A stretch of DNA of 33,059 bases from Deltaproteobacteria bacterium (GCA_037381685.1 JARRQO010000023.1:1-33059), one strand, 5' to 3'; positions 1 through 8,920 are shown, counted from the first letter of the stretch. The notes: generated by a model from the sequence alone, not told the origin. A program made the numbers and translations.

Positions 1-1
1 C

Positions 2-727
2 AGCCTCATTGCCCAGGCCCTCCTACCCCCGCTGCTTTTTGCCGGAGCTCCCAGCAGCGTCATCCTCAAAGGCGGCACCCACGTGCCCTGGAGTCCTCCG
101 GCTCACTACCTCAGCCAGGTGTTTTTGCCGGCCCTGGCTGAGCTGGGGGTTCAGGCAGATCTTGTTCTGGAACGCTGGGGCTGGTACCCCAAAGGGGGCG
201 GCGAGGTGCGTCTCCAGATTATGCCGGCCGGCACGCTGACCGCAGAAAAATGGCGCACCCCGGCCAGAAATCTGGAATACCGGGCCCTGTCCGCGGCGTC
301 TCAAGTGCCGGAGCATGTGGCCCGGCGGCAGGCCGCCCGACTCACTTCCCGCTTAAACGAAACGGTGCCGGTGGAGATTGTGTCCGCCATCGGCCAGGAT
401 CCCGGCAGCTTCGTTTTCCTGTGGGGGCCTAAAGCCGGGTTCAGCGCCCTGGGGGCCCGGGGCAAACCCGCGGAGCAGGTGGCGGATGAAGTGGCCGACG
501 CCTACCTGGCCTTTCAAAAAAGCGGGGCGGCCCTGGACCCGCACCTGGCCGACCAAATCCTCATTTACCTGGCCCTGGCCCGGGGGCCGTCCAGCTTCAC
601 CACCGCCGCCGTCACTTCGCATCTGCTCACCAATGTCTGGGTGATTGCACAGTTCCTGGGGCAGGTATTGGAAGTCCGGGGAAACCTGGGAGAGCCGGGA
701 GAGGTGTTCTGCCCCGGCCAGAAGTAA
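2..727 (+). CDS. rtcA: RNA 3'-terminal phosphate cyclase, C-terminal part (5' end lies outside the window)
   Basis: The reading frame is open from the window edge. SLIAQALLPPLLFAGAPSSVILKGGTHVPWSPPAHYLSQVFLPALAELG and HLADQILIYLALA resemble the RtcA family. The listed start at 83 is internal. Confidence 0.8.
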   Translation, partial: SLIAQALLPPLLFAGAPSSVILKGGTHVPWSPPAHYLSQVFLPALAELGVQADLVLERWGWYPKGGGEVRLQIMPAGTLTAEKWRTPARNLEYRALSAASQVPEHVARRQAARLTSRLNETVPVEIVSAIGQDPGSFVFLWGPKAGFSALGARGKPAEQVADEVADAYLAFQKSGAALDPHLADQILIYLALARGPSSFTTAAVTSHLLTNVWVIAQFLGQVLEVRGNLGEPGEVFCPGQK

Positions 728-782
728 GCCGGATAGTTTAAAATGTGGCCCTGATTCTAATACTTGGCGCTGATTGTGGCCG

Positions 783-2168
783 CTAAGTACTAACCGTTTC
801 GGCCCCCAAATCCTTAAGCCCCAGGGCCAGAATCAGGGCGGCTACCGGGGTGAGATGCAGCAGCAACCGGTCCAGGGTGGCCCGGACATAGGCGGGAAAC
901 TCTGCCGCTGAGGTGGGCGCCACCGCATAGGCCAGGAGGATGGCCGCCAGGTTCCCTACCACAAAGAGGGCCAGGAAAAGTCTGGGGGAGCGCCACAGGC
1001 GCCGGCCCGAGAAAATTAGGGCTAGAGCCAGCGCGGGCCAGAGAAACCCGAAATAAAAGGGCTCCGCCAGGCCCTGCACCAGATAGCAAATGGCCTGGAC
1101 CAATTGGTGGGGATAAAAGCTCTGGATGTGGTCCGCGCCGATGTCGATTTTCTGCTGCACCGTGAAAAACCGCCAAGGCAGGTAGCCCACCATAAGGCCG
1201 CCTAGGGGAACCGCCAGGTAACCGAGACGGCGGAGCCAGCCTGCGGCCCGCAGCCACCCCAGGGTCAGCGCTGCAGCCAAAATCAGGGTGGCGGCCAAAG
1301 GCGGGCCCTCATATTTGCACCAGGCCATGCCGGCCAGACAGCAAGCCGCCAGCGTCAGGCTGCCCCGGGGCGCGGCCTCCGCCAGCCAGAGATAGAGGAG
1401 GCCGGCCCCTCCCAGGGTGAAAAAGGCCAGGGGCAGATCGGCGTAAGCGATGTAAAGGTGTACGATAAAAACAGTGCCGTTCAACGCCAGAAAGGCCGTG
1501 AGCCCCAACGCCTGGCTGCGGCGCAATCCCAGGCGTCTCCCCAGGGAGTAGAGCAGGGTCAGGAGCAGCCCCCCAAAAAGCGGAAAAACGGCCTTGGCCA
1601 CCGCATCGTTTACCCGCCCCAAACAGAAATACAGGTAGCTCAGTAACAGGGGAATGAAATTGGGGTAATAATTGTGGGCGTCAATGCAGGTCAGGTCAAG
1701 GCTGCGGCTGGTATAGAAGATCCTGGCCTTGCACCCCCAGGTAGCCACCGCGTCCCAGGCCCACATGGGATATAGAACGGCCCGGAGCAGCACATAGAGA
1801 AACATCGCGCCCAGCAGCCCCAGGAAAAGCCAGTCCCATCCCTGCAACTCTGCAAATGGCGAGAAATGGAACCTCCGCAAGTCTTCTGATAAGGCGACGC
1901 GGCCCCGGGGGGCCAACAGCAGGACAACGGCCAGGGCCATGGGTGGCCCCAATATCCAGCCCAGGCTGAAGGTCACCCTCCACCAGGTCAGGGCCAGCAT
2001 CCAGAAGGTGATAACCAGCGCCCCCACTCCGAAGCTGAACGCGGCCCGTTCCCCGCCAGCGAAATCCCGGGGCCGGGGGATAAACCGCGTCAGCCCGGCA
2101 TAACCCAGAAAAAACACCGCGCTAAGCCCCAGAATCAGGCGCGTGAGGGTAATGACGGCGTCAATCAT
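783..2168 (-). CDS. Polytopic membrane glycosyltransferase, GT-C fold (PMT_2/ArnT-like, GT39-type)
   Basis: 461 aa and hydrophobic throughout, with many predicted helices. YPNFIPLLLSYLY...GGLLLTLLYSLGRRLGLRRSQALGL matches the PMT_2 pattern. It is the last gene of an operon with a GT2 enzyme and overlaps the upstream ORF by 8 nt. Confidence 0.55.
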   Translation of the reverse strand: MIDAVITLTRLILGLSAVFFLGYAGLTRFIPRPRDFAGGERAAFSFGVGALVITFWMLALTWWRVTFSLGWILGPPMALAVVLLLAPRGRVALSEDLRRFHFSPFAELQGWDWLFLGLLGAMFLYVLLRAVLYPMWAWDAVATWGCKARIFYTSRSLDLTCIDAHNYYPNFIPLLLSYLYFCLGRVNDAVAKAVFPLFGGLLLTLLYSLGRRLGLRRSQALGLTAFLALNGTVFIVHLYIAYADLPLAFFTLGGAGLLYLWLAEAAPRGSLTLAACCLAGMAWCKYEGPPLAATLILAAALTLGWLRAAGWLRRLGYLAVPLGGLMVGYLPWRFFTVQQKIDIGADHIQSFYPHQLVQAICYLVQGLAEPFYFGFLWPALALALIFSGRRLWRSPRLFLALFVVGNLAAILLAYAVAPTSAAEFPAYVRATLDRLLLHLTPVAALILALGLKDLGAETVST

Positions 2169-2664
2169 AGAAGCCCCAGTGCAACAGCCTGGCGTTCACC
2201 CGGAAGGCCCGGCCCGGCCCCGGCAGGTGAAGCGGCTGAAACGCCGGGCAGTGGCGGGCGGCCTGGACTCCGGGGCCCGGTGGCTGCGCCGTCTTGCGCA
2301 TAAGCAGGAAGGAGGCGTCTGTTTGGTGCAGCGTATAAAAGAGAAAACTGGCCGGAACCTGGGGGGACATCAAAAGGTGGCGCCGGGGAGCCAAAAAGTA
2401 GCGAACCTGGATCTCCTTGCCCGCGGCGTAATCATCCAGGAAGACATAGGTGGCGTGCTTGGGGATGACGGCCTGCAGCGCCCCGGCCCAGCGGAACAGC
2501 GGATTTTCCTGGCGGATGGCGACGCCCGCCTCCCTCTGGGCCACTCTCCGGGCCAGGCGTCCCGCCTCCGGCCCGAAATGCCAGATCAACCACACCACCT
2601 GCAGGCCCCAGAGCGCGAGGATCACTCGCACCAACCAGAGCCGCCATGTTTTAGTCGATGTCAT
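2161..2664 (-). CDS. Hypothetical membrane-anchored protein (one N-terminal TM helix)
   Basis: 167-aa ORF between the GT2 and GT-C genes. N-terminal WRLWLVRVILALWGLQVVWLIW helix. 8-nt overlap (ATGATTGA) with the downstream gene. No family recognised. Confidence 0.5.
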   Translation of the reverse strand: MTSTKTWRLWLVRVILALWGLQVVWLIWHFGPEAGRLARRVAQREAGVAIRQENPLFRWAGALQAVIPKHATYVFLDDYAAGKEIQVRYFLAPRRHLLMSPQVPASFLFYTLHQTDASFLLMRKTAQPPGPGVQAARHCPAFQPLHLPGPGRAFRVNARLLHWGFYD

Positions 2665-2706
2665 GTTAATGAAATTTACCGGCAGCCGGGGCTAAGCCCA
2701 AAGGCC

Positions 2707-3396
2707 TCAATCGGCAAATTTAAACCGGATGATGTGCAAAACCGCGGCGAGGCCGTCCCTCCAGGTAATCTTTTTGCCGGCGGCATAATCCCGGCCGTGA
2801 TACTGGATGGGCACCTCGTAAATCCGGCAACGCTTTTTGGCGACCTTGGCGGTGAGCTCCGGTTCTATGCCGAAACGGTTGCATTTAATTTGAATCCCCT
2901 GCAACACTTCGGCCTTGAAAACCTTGTAGCCCACCTCCATGTCGGACAGATTCAGGTTGGTGAACATGTTGGAAAGAGTGGTCACCACCCGGTTGCCCAT
3001 ATAATGCCAGAAATACAGGACACGGTGGGGCCGGCCGCCCACCAGCCGGGTGCCGTACACCACGTCGGCCTCGTCTTGTTCGATGGGCTCCAGCAAAGCC
3101 GGATAATCTACAGGGCGGTATTCCAAGTCGGCATCCTGAATAATCACCACATCCCCGCTCACCTGGGCGAACCCGGTGCGCAGGGCGGCGCCTTTCCCCT
3201 GGTTGTGCGGGTGAGAGAAGGTCTTGACATTCTCATATTGTTGGGCCAGGCGGGCCAGGATTTCTCCGGAGCCATCGGTGGAGGCGTCATCCACCGCGAT
3301 GATCTCTTTATCATAGGGGGCCGCCTGAACCAGGCGAAAGATTTCTTCGAGAGTGGCTTTTTCATTGTAAATCGGCATGATAATACTCAGCTTCAT
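2707..3396 (-). CDS. Family 2 glycosyltransferase (polyprenyl-phosphate sugar synthase type, DPM1/ArnC-like)
   Basis: MKLSIIMPIYNE...AVDDASTDGS...NQGKGAALRTG...IIQDADLEY are classic GT2 motifs (DxD, DAD). Size is 229 aa. Confidence 0.85.
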   Translation of the reverse strand: MKLSIIMPIYNEKATLEEIFRLVQAAPYDKEIIAVDDASTDGSGEILARLAQQYENVKTFSHPHNQGKGAALRTGFAQVSGDVVIIQDADLEYRPVDYPALLEPIEQDEADVVYGTRLVGGRPHRVLYFWHYMGNRVVTTLSNMFTNLNLSDMEVGYKVFKAEVLQGIQIKCNRFGIEPELTAKVAKKRCRIYEVPIQYHGRDYAAGKKITWRDGLAAVLHIIRFKFAD

Positions 3397-3498
3397 CCGA
3401 GTTCCCCCGCCTCAGTTTTACAATAATATACTCTCAGGTTGCGAAAAACGTTAATTATTTCGCCCAAGAAAAAAACAAAATGGCAGGGTCCAACGGAG

Positions 3499-4458
3499 TC
3501 AGCCGCCGATGCTCACCATGGCGCGGTTCGGGGCAGCAGAAGTCAGGGCAGGAGAGACGCGACCTTTCAGACGGATGGCCTCCTGAAACAGCCGGGCCAG
3601 GGTCTCATCGGAAACGCCTCGGCGCAGGGGTTCCTTCAGGTTCAGTTCCGGCGTGGCGAAGAGACACGGGCGCAGTCGCCCGGCCGCGGTGAGACGCAGG
3701 CGGTTGCAGGTGGGGCAGTGATGATCGCTGACCGCGCTGATAAACCCCAACTCCCCCTTAAACCCCGGAACCCGGAAGGTCCGGGCCGGACCGGCGGTGA
3801 CGGACGAAGTGACGGTTTCCAGGGGACCCAGTTTGGCCAGCCGCTGACGCACCTCGGCGATGGACATAAAGTGGCGGCGCCAGCGCGACTCTTCCACCGT
3901 GGGCATGAACTCAATAAAACGTATCTGGAAAGGCTGCTCTTGGGTCAAAAGCGCAAAGTCCAGGAACTCGTCGTCATTGAGGTCTTTTAAGGCCACGCAG
4001 TTGATCTTTATGGGGGAAAAACCCAGGGCCCTGGCGTGGTCCAAGCCGGCCAGGACGTCATCGAAATGGTCCCGGCCGGTCAACTCCCGGAAGCGGTCCC
4101 GGCGCAGGCTGTCCAGGCTGAGATTGAGGTGGCGCAAACCGGTGTCGTAAAGGTCTGCGGCCAGCTCCTTGAGGCGCACCCCATTGGTGGTGAGGCAGAC
4201 CTCCTCGATCCCGGGAACCTGTCGCAGGCGCCGGATAAAGTCCAGGACGCCCCGGCGCACCAGGGGTTCGCCGCCGGTAACCCGAACCTTGCGGATGCCG
4301 ACGCCCGCGGCTACCCCGGCCAGCCGCAGCAGCTCTTCATAGCGCAGAATCTCCTGGCAGGGCAGTTTCTCCCACCCCGCCCAGGAGGTGCAATAAAAAC
4401 ACCGGAGATTGCAGCGGTCGGTGATGGAAATTCGCAGATAATTGATGACACCCGGCAA
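3499..4458 (-). CDS. moaA: GTP 3',8-cyclase (molybdenum cofactor biosynthesis, radical SAM)
   Basis: YLRISITDRCNLRCFYC radical-SAM CxxxCxxC motif. VRVTGGEPL. C-terminal CxxCNRLRLTAAGRLRPCL second-cluster motif. TTG start with GGGAAG upstream. Confidence 0.9.
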   Translation of the reverse strand: MPGVINYLRISITDRCNLRCFYCTSWAGWEKLPCQEILRYEELLRLAGVAAGVGIRKVRVTGGEPLVRRGVLDFIRRLRQVPGIEEVCLTTNGVRLKELAADLYDTGLRHLNLSLDSLRRDRFRELTGRDHFDDVLAGLDHARALGFSPIKINCVALKDLNDDEFLDFALLTQEQPFQIRFIEFMPTVEESRWRRHFMSIAEVRQRLAKLGPLETVTSSVTAGPARTFRVPGFKGELGFISAVSDHHCPTCNRLRLTAAGRLRPCLFATPELNLKEPLRRGVSDETLARLFQEAIRLKGRVSPALTSAAPNRAMVSIGG

Positions 4459-4591
4459 AATATCTTCCCTGCGCTAAAGAATTATAGGTTCATTATAATC
4501 TATAAATTAGCCAACCTTCAGGATTTTTCTCGGCACCCCCCTCACTTTTACCCTTCAGTTACGTAAGCAGCTTAAATAATATAAAAATGTC

Positions 4592-5116
4592 TTAGTCCAC
4601 CTGAAACTCCGTGGTATCCTGGGCCGAGCCGTAGCCGGTATGGATAGAGGTCACCAAAGTATAGATGCCGGGCGCGGCATTGGCCGGCAGGGTGAAATCA
4701 ATATCCTCGGTCCAGGTGCCGTTATTTTTGCGCATATCAACACTTTTGGTTCTCCCCAGGTTTTTTCCCTGGTAGAAAAGGTCCCGGGTAATGGATACCG
4801 GCAGGGCCACCTGTTCCGGGGTGAGAATGGTGTAGGTGGTTCTCAGATTCAGGGTGGCGCCGGGTTTGGCCCGGTCGGGCTTGATCTCGACGCGGTCCAG
4901 GCGGAGGACGCAGCCGCCGGAGGGACAGTATCCTTCCCGGGCAATGATTTGCTCCCGGCCCTGCAGGCTCTGTTCCCGGCTGTTCCCCCAGAAGCCGAAG
5001 GTATAATCGCTCAGGAATCCGCCGCGTTGCGCCTGAGCCGGCACACAAGTAAGCAATAAACCCAAGGCCAGAACCAAGCTCAACCACAACAGATGACGCT
5101 GCCAAAGACTTTGCAT
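4592..5116 (-). CDS. Secreted hypothetical protein
   Basis: 174 aa with a signal peptide (LLWLSLVLALGLLLTCVPAQAQ). The remainder looks beta-rich. No family recognised. Confidence 0.6.
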   Translation of the reverse strand: MQSLWQRHLLWLSLVLALGLLLTCVPAQAQRGGFLSDYTFGFWGNSREQSLQGREQIIAREGYCPSGGCVLRLDRVEIKPDRAKPGATLNLRTTYTILTPEQVALPVSITRDLFYQGKNLGRTKSVDMRKNNGTWTEDIDFTLPANAAPGIYTLVTSIHTGYGSAQDTTEFQVD

Positions 5117-5145
5117 AAAATCCTCCCAAACCGGCAGAGATTAAA

Positions 5146-5700
5146 TTAATGGCCTCCGGGCAGATAGCGCCGGGCCCCGCGGTACGAAACCCGCCAGACC
5201 TTGGCGTCCAGGCGGCTGATAAACACGCCCCGGGGGGAGGCATGGATGAAGCGGCCGCCGCCCAGGTAGACCCCGTCGTGACAGACCTCGTCTCGAAAGA
5301 ACGGCGAGAGCACCCCCGCGACCATCACTTCCCGCCCTTGAGTCTGGCAATAGCGGTTAAAGAAAACCACGTCGCCGAACTGCAGCTCTTCCCGCCTTAC
5401 CGGTTTGCCGGCCCGGTACTGCTCGGCCACCGTGCGGGGCAGGTTGATGCCGGCCTGGTGATACAAGGCCTGCACCAGACCGGAGCAATCCACCCCTGCA
5501 GGGCTAGTACCGCCAAAGCGGTAGGGGGCGCCGTAAAAATCGCCCAGGGCCCGTTCCAGGGCCACTTCCTGGGGGTTGCGTCCCACCGCGGGCAGGGGCG
5601 CCACCGGACCCACCCGCGGGGGCGGGGCCCCGGCACAGCCCGCCAGGAGCAGGGCCGCGCCCAGGGCGGCCCCCAAGAGGCGGCGAAATCCGGCGGCCAT
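5146..5700 (-). CDS. NlpC/P60 (C40) family peptidoglycan hydrolase lipoprotein
   Basis: Lipobox LLLAGC. YRFGGTSPAGVDCSGLVQALY catalytic-Cys motif. Downstream GDVVFF and H-containing segment typical of NlpC/P60. Confidence 0.85.
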   Translation of the reverse strand: MAAGFRRLLGAALGAALLLAGCAGAPPPRVGPVAPLPAVGRNPQEVALERALGDFYGAPYRFGGTSPAGVDCSGLVQALYHQAGINLPRTVAEQYRAGKPVRREELQFGDVVFFNRYCQTQGREVMVAGVLSPFFRDEVCHDGVYLGGGRFIHASPRGVFISRLDAKVWRVSYRGARRYLPGGH

Positions 5701-5757
5701 GGCACCTCCCTCCGGGCTGGAATGGCGGAGACGAATTTTTTTAGGAACCGCGCCTCA

Positions 5758-7293
5758 TCACTTGGCTTCAGTCTCCAGCCGGGGGAACAGGGGTGGGCCC
5801 TGGGCCAGCTGGCTGCCGGGGACCAGCCTGCCCCAGGTGAGGACTTGGGGCAGAGGTTGATCCCACAGGGCCAGGCCCAGGCCCAACTGCTCGCTCATCT
5901 TGACGGCGCTGGCGGGCATAACCGGCTGCAGCAGCGCCGCGAGCCAACGCAGTGCTTCCAACAGGTGATACAAGACGGTATCCAGCCGCGCCGCCGCGTC
6001 AGGCTGCTTGGCCAACTCCCAGGGCGCGGAAGTGACGATATAGCGGTTGAGAAGACCGATAAATTCCCACAGCCCGGCCAGGGCCTTGGCAAACTCCAGG
6101 GCCGGAAACAGGCGCATAAACTCCGCGGCCATGGCTTGCACCGCAGTGACGACTTCCTGGTCCGGGGGCTCCGGCACATTGGGAGCCGGCACCACCCCTT
6201 GGCGGTATTTAAAGGCCATCCCCAGGCTGCGGGCCAAAAGGTTGCCCAAATCGTTGGCCAGATCGGCATTGATCCGGGCGGTTAAGGCCTCTTCGCTGAA
6301 ATGGGCGTCCAGCCCAAAAACCATCTCCCGGAGAAAGAAGTAACGGACCTGATCGAGGCCGAAGTTAGCCGCCAGGGTCCGGGGGTCCACTACGTTTCCC
6401 AGGCTTTTGGACATCTTGCCGGCCGCCATCTGCCAGTAGCCGTGAACGTTGAGGTTCCGAAAGGGGGCCACCCCCATGGCCTGCAACATGGTGGGCCAGT
6501 AAACGGCGTGAGGCTTGAGGATGTCCTTGGCGATGAGGTGCTGGGCAGGCCAATATTTCTTATAAGCCTCGCCCTCGGGGTAACCCAGACCCGTGAGGTA
6601 GTTGATCAGCGCGTCGAACCAGACGTAGGTGACGTAGCGCTCGTCAAAAGGCAGGGTGATCCCCCAATCCATGCGGCTTTTGGGCCGGGAGATGCACAGG
6701 TCTTCCAAGGGCTCCTTGAGGAAGGCCAGGATTTCGTTTTTATAGCGTTCCGGCCTGATCCAGTCGGGGTGGCGATGAATCCGGTCGATGAGCCAGTCCT
6801 GGTATTTGCTCATGCGGAAAAAGTAGTTTTCTTCCTTCAAAAAGGTGGGGGCCACTTTATGGTCCGGGCACAGGCCGTCCACCAGGTCCCGCTCCAGGTA
6901 AAAACATTCACAGCCGAAACAATAGAGTCCGCCGTACTCCCCGAAATAAATGTCCCCGGAATCGTGGACCCGGTTTAAGATTTCCTGCACCACCCGCACG
7001 TGCTCCGGGTCGGTGGTGCGGATGTAGTTGTCATAACTGATGTTCAACTCATCCCACGACTCCCGGAAGCGGGCGCTGATCCGGCTGGCGAAGTCCTTGA
7101 CCGGCAGGCCCGCGGCGGCCGCGGCGTCCAGCACTTTGTCGCCGTGCTCGTCAGTGCCGGTCTGAAACCGGACCTCCTCTCCCAGGAGGCGGTGAAAGCG
7201 GGCCAGGGCATCGGCCACCACCGTGGTGTAGGCATGGCCGATATGGGGCTCGGCGTTGACGTAATAGATGGGCGTGGTGATGTAATAAGCCAT
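5758..7293 (-). CDS. metG: Methionine--tRNA ligase (short form, no C-terminal Trbp111-like domain)
   Basis: ITTPIYYVNAEPHIGHAYT (HIGH motif), KMSKSLGN (KMSKS motif), CFGC...CPDH zinc knuckle. 511 aa. Confidence 0.95.
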   Translation of the reverse strand: MAYYITTPIYYVNAEPHIGHAYTTVVADALARFHRLLGEEVRFQTGTDEHGDKVLDAAAAAGLPVKDFASRISARFRESWDELNISYDNYIRTTDPEHVRVVQEILNRVHDSGDIYFGEYGGLYCFGCECFYLERDLVDGLCPDHKVAPTFLKEENYFFRMSKYQDWLIDRIHRHPDWIRPERYKNEILAFLKEPLEDLCISRPKSRMDWGITLPFDERYVTYVWFDALINYLTGLGYPEGEAYKKYWPAQHLIAKDILKPHAVYWPTMLQAMGVAPFRNLNVHGYWQMAAGKMSKSLGNVVDPRTLAANFGLDQVRYFFLREMVFGLDAHFSEEALTARINADLANDLGNLLARSLGMAFKYRQGVVPAPNVPEPPDQEVVTAVQAMAAEFMRLFPALEFAKALAGLWEFIGLLNRYIVTSAPWELAKQPDAAARLDTVLYHLLEALRWLAALLQPVMPASAVKMSEQLGLGLALWDQPLPQVLTWGRLVPGSQLAQGPPLFPRLETEAK

Positions 7294-7296
7294 AAT

Positions 7297-7354
7297 AGCA
7301 GTGAGCAGTGAGCAGTAAGCAGGCCGTTTAATGAAGGCATTACCAGCTGCTTAC
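7297..7354. repeat. Tandem heptamer (agcagtg agcagtg agcagta agcagg) plus 8-bp inverted repeat gtaagcag / ctgcttac, abutting the metG start codon
   Basis: Read directly. The array begins 4 nt from the metG ATG (7293). No SD is visible. Confidence 0.85.
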
Positions 7355-7365
7355 GGCCCGCTAAA

Positions 7366-8133
7366 TCATTTGCTTGCCTCCAGGGCTGCAATATGTGCCA
7401 GGGTCTCCTGGAGCAAGAGCGCGTCGGTTTCGGGGTTGCCGGTCTTTAAAAAGGTGCGGTACGCGGCCAGGGCCTCGTACTTGTAGCCCAGTTTTTCCAG
7501 AGCCCGGCCCCGGCTGTAAAAAGCCCGGGCATAAGTGGGCGCAAGGGCAATTATCTTGTCGGCGTCCGCCAGGGCCTGCTTCGGTTTGCCCAGGGCCAGG
7601 AAGGCCAGGCTCCGGTTGTAAAGGATTTTCGGCCCCTGGGGGCGCAGCTTCAAGGCCCGGTCATAGTCTTTGAGGGCGTGTTGGGGTTTATCCAGATCCA
7701 GGTAAGTGTTGCCCCGGTTATAGTAGATCTGCCAGTCCCTGGGGGCGTACTTCAAGGCCTGGGTGTAGTCGGCCAGGGCCTTATTAAGAGCGTTTTGGCG
7801 GCTGTAGGCCAGACCCCGGTTGTAGTAGGCCTCGGGAGAATGAGGGGCCAGATCCAGGGCCTGGTCGAAATCGCCCACCGCGTCGGCCCACAAATTCAGC
7901 CTCATCTCGGCAATGCCCCGGTTGATATAGGCCTCCACCATCTCCGGGTCGCTCTTGATGGCTGCGGTGAATTTCTCCCTAGCCAAAGTAGGGTTGCCCT
8001 GGCGTAAGGCCGCCACCCCCTGCTTAAAAGAGGCTTGGGCTCCAAGGTCTTCCTGGCTGCCCAGGGCCGGCCCCAGACAGAAACCCGTGACCGCCAAAAG
8101 AACAAAAATGATTAAGCCGCTTTTGCGTAACAC
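7366..8133 (-). CDS. TPR-repeat protein with N-terminal signal sequence
   Basis: Reiterated ~34-aa units (AYxNRGxAyxxLgxxxxAlxDyxxAlxLxP) appear about six times. Hydrophobic N-terminus. Confidence 0.8.
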   Translation of the reverse strand: MLRKSGLIIFVLLAVTGFCLGPALGSQEDLGAQASFKQGVAALRQGNPTLAREKFTAAIKSDPEMVEAYINRGIAEMRLNLWADAVGDFDQALDLAPHSPEAYYNRGLAYSRQNALNKALADYTQALKYAPRDWQIYYNRGNTYLDLDKPQHALKDYDRALKLRPQGPKILYNRSLAFLALGKPKQALADADKIIALAPTYARAFYSRGRALEKLGYKYEALAAYRTFLKTGNPETDALLLQETLAHIAALEASK

Positions 8134-8157
8134 TCTCTAAGGCCTCATTTCTCGGTT

Positions 8158-8180
8158 CTGTAGGGCGGGCCCTGCCCGCC
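8158..8180. repeat. 23-nt hairpin repeat CTGTAGGGCGGGC(C)CTGCCCGCC, copy 1
   Basis: 7-bp GC stem GGCGGGC/GCCCGCC with a 3-nt loop. 22/23 identical to the copy at 19269-19291. Confidence 0.9.
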
Positions 8181-8217
8181 ATGATTGCTTATCTTGAACA
8201 TGAGCCGGTTCGCCGCC

Positions 8218-8442
8218 TTACTCGCTGAACCGAGGCTGGGCGCCGGCCTCCCTCGAAGTTATTTTTCCCAGCAACTCCTGGACATCCTTCAAGGCTTCCC
8301 GGGTGGCTTCCCGGGACGCGACGAAATCGTACATCAAGTTATTTTCGTCGGCTTCGATGTACTCGCTATGTTTGATCATCATTTCCGCGCCCTGGACCAG
8401 CCGTCCCACAAAAAACATGAAATAGTGCAGATCGTCGGCCAT
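8218..8442 (-). CDS. Small hypothetical protein (74 aa)
   Basis: I trimmed the 127-aa ORF to the internal ATG at 8442 (MADDLHYFMFF...) so that it does not overlap the upstream YkgJ-type gene. No family recognised. Confidence 0.35.
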   Translation of the reverse strand: MADDLHYFMFFVGRLVQGAEMMIKHSEYIEADENNLMYDFVASREATREALKDVQELLGKITSREAGAQPRFSE

Positions 8443-8491
8443 AATGTGCCTTTGTGCGTGGCAGGGGGGCACCCCCCCTGGCAAAAGTCCT

Positions 8492-8920
8492 TTACTTTTC
8501 AGGCGACCCTCGGCGCCGGGCCTCTTCCACAAATTCTTCATGGGTGCAGTCCGGGTTGATCCCCGGGCAGGCGGTTTTGGCGTGCTCCAGTTCGTCTGCA
8601 TGCGCCAACAGGGCCGGAAGAAAGGGCCACTGACGGCAGATCCAGGGTTTCACCGGGTGCACCCGGCAGAGGTTGCCCTCCGACAAAAAAACGCAGAAGC
8701 CATTGTCAGCAACCGTAAGGCGCGGCCCCAGGGCCGAAGGCTCCACATAACGCCGGCAAAACTCCGGAACGGCCAAACCCAGGAGGGCCGCCATGTCTTC
8801 CACTTCCTGGGACTTGACCAGAATGCCCCCCCGGCCGCAGCAACAATCGCCGCACTGCTGACATTGGAAGACCGGGGTCCGGCCTGCGTTTAGGCTGGGA
8901 TCGGCAGCTTTCAGGGCCAT
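8492..8920 (-). CDS. YkgJ-family cysteine-cluster (zinc/iron-chelating, UPF0153) protein
   Basis: FQCQQCGDCCCGRGG N-terminal CxxCxxCC cluster. GFCVFL...LCRVHPVKPWICRQWPF second cluster, typical of this family. Confidence 0.7.
   Translation of the reverse strand: MALKAADPSLNAGRTPVFQCQQCGDCCCGRGGILVKSQEVEDMAALLGLAVPEFCRRYVEPSALGPRLTVADNGFCVFLSEGNLCRVHPVKPWICRQWPFLPALLAHADELEHAKTACPGINPDCTHEEFVEEARRRGSPEK

Noticed and set aside
2143-3426. Long antisense ORFs (for example 2143-3426 +, 5149-6285 +, 19299-20087 -, 24073-25254 +, 30077-32371 +)
   Set aside because: They lie opposite genes with clear family motifs. They are rich in Arg/Gly/Pro, as expected for stop-poor antisense frames in high-GC DNA. 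They carry no recognisable motifs.
4459-4591. Moco riboswitch in the AT-rich leader upstream of moaA
   Set aside because: Only a weak GUGCCGAG resemblance to the conserved CCUCCGAG region. I cannot reconstruct the conserved helices by eye. A covariance-model search (Rfam RF01055) would be needed to decide.
7294-7365. T-box or other known leader upstream of metG
   Set aside because: At about 70 nt it is too short, with no specifier or T-box sequence. The region is instead occupied by the heptamer repeat element.
8218-8601. Full 127-aa version of the ORF at 8218-8601
   Set aside because: Its first 53 codons overlap the 3' end of the well-supported YkgJ-type gene in another frame and are Pro/Arg/Gly-rich. 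I trimmed it to the ATG at 8442; even the short form is low confidence.
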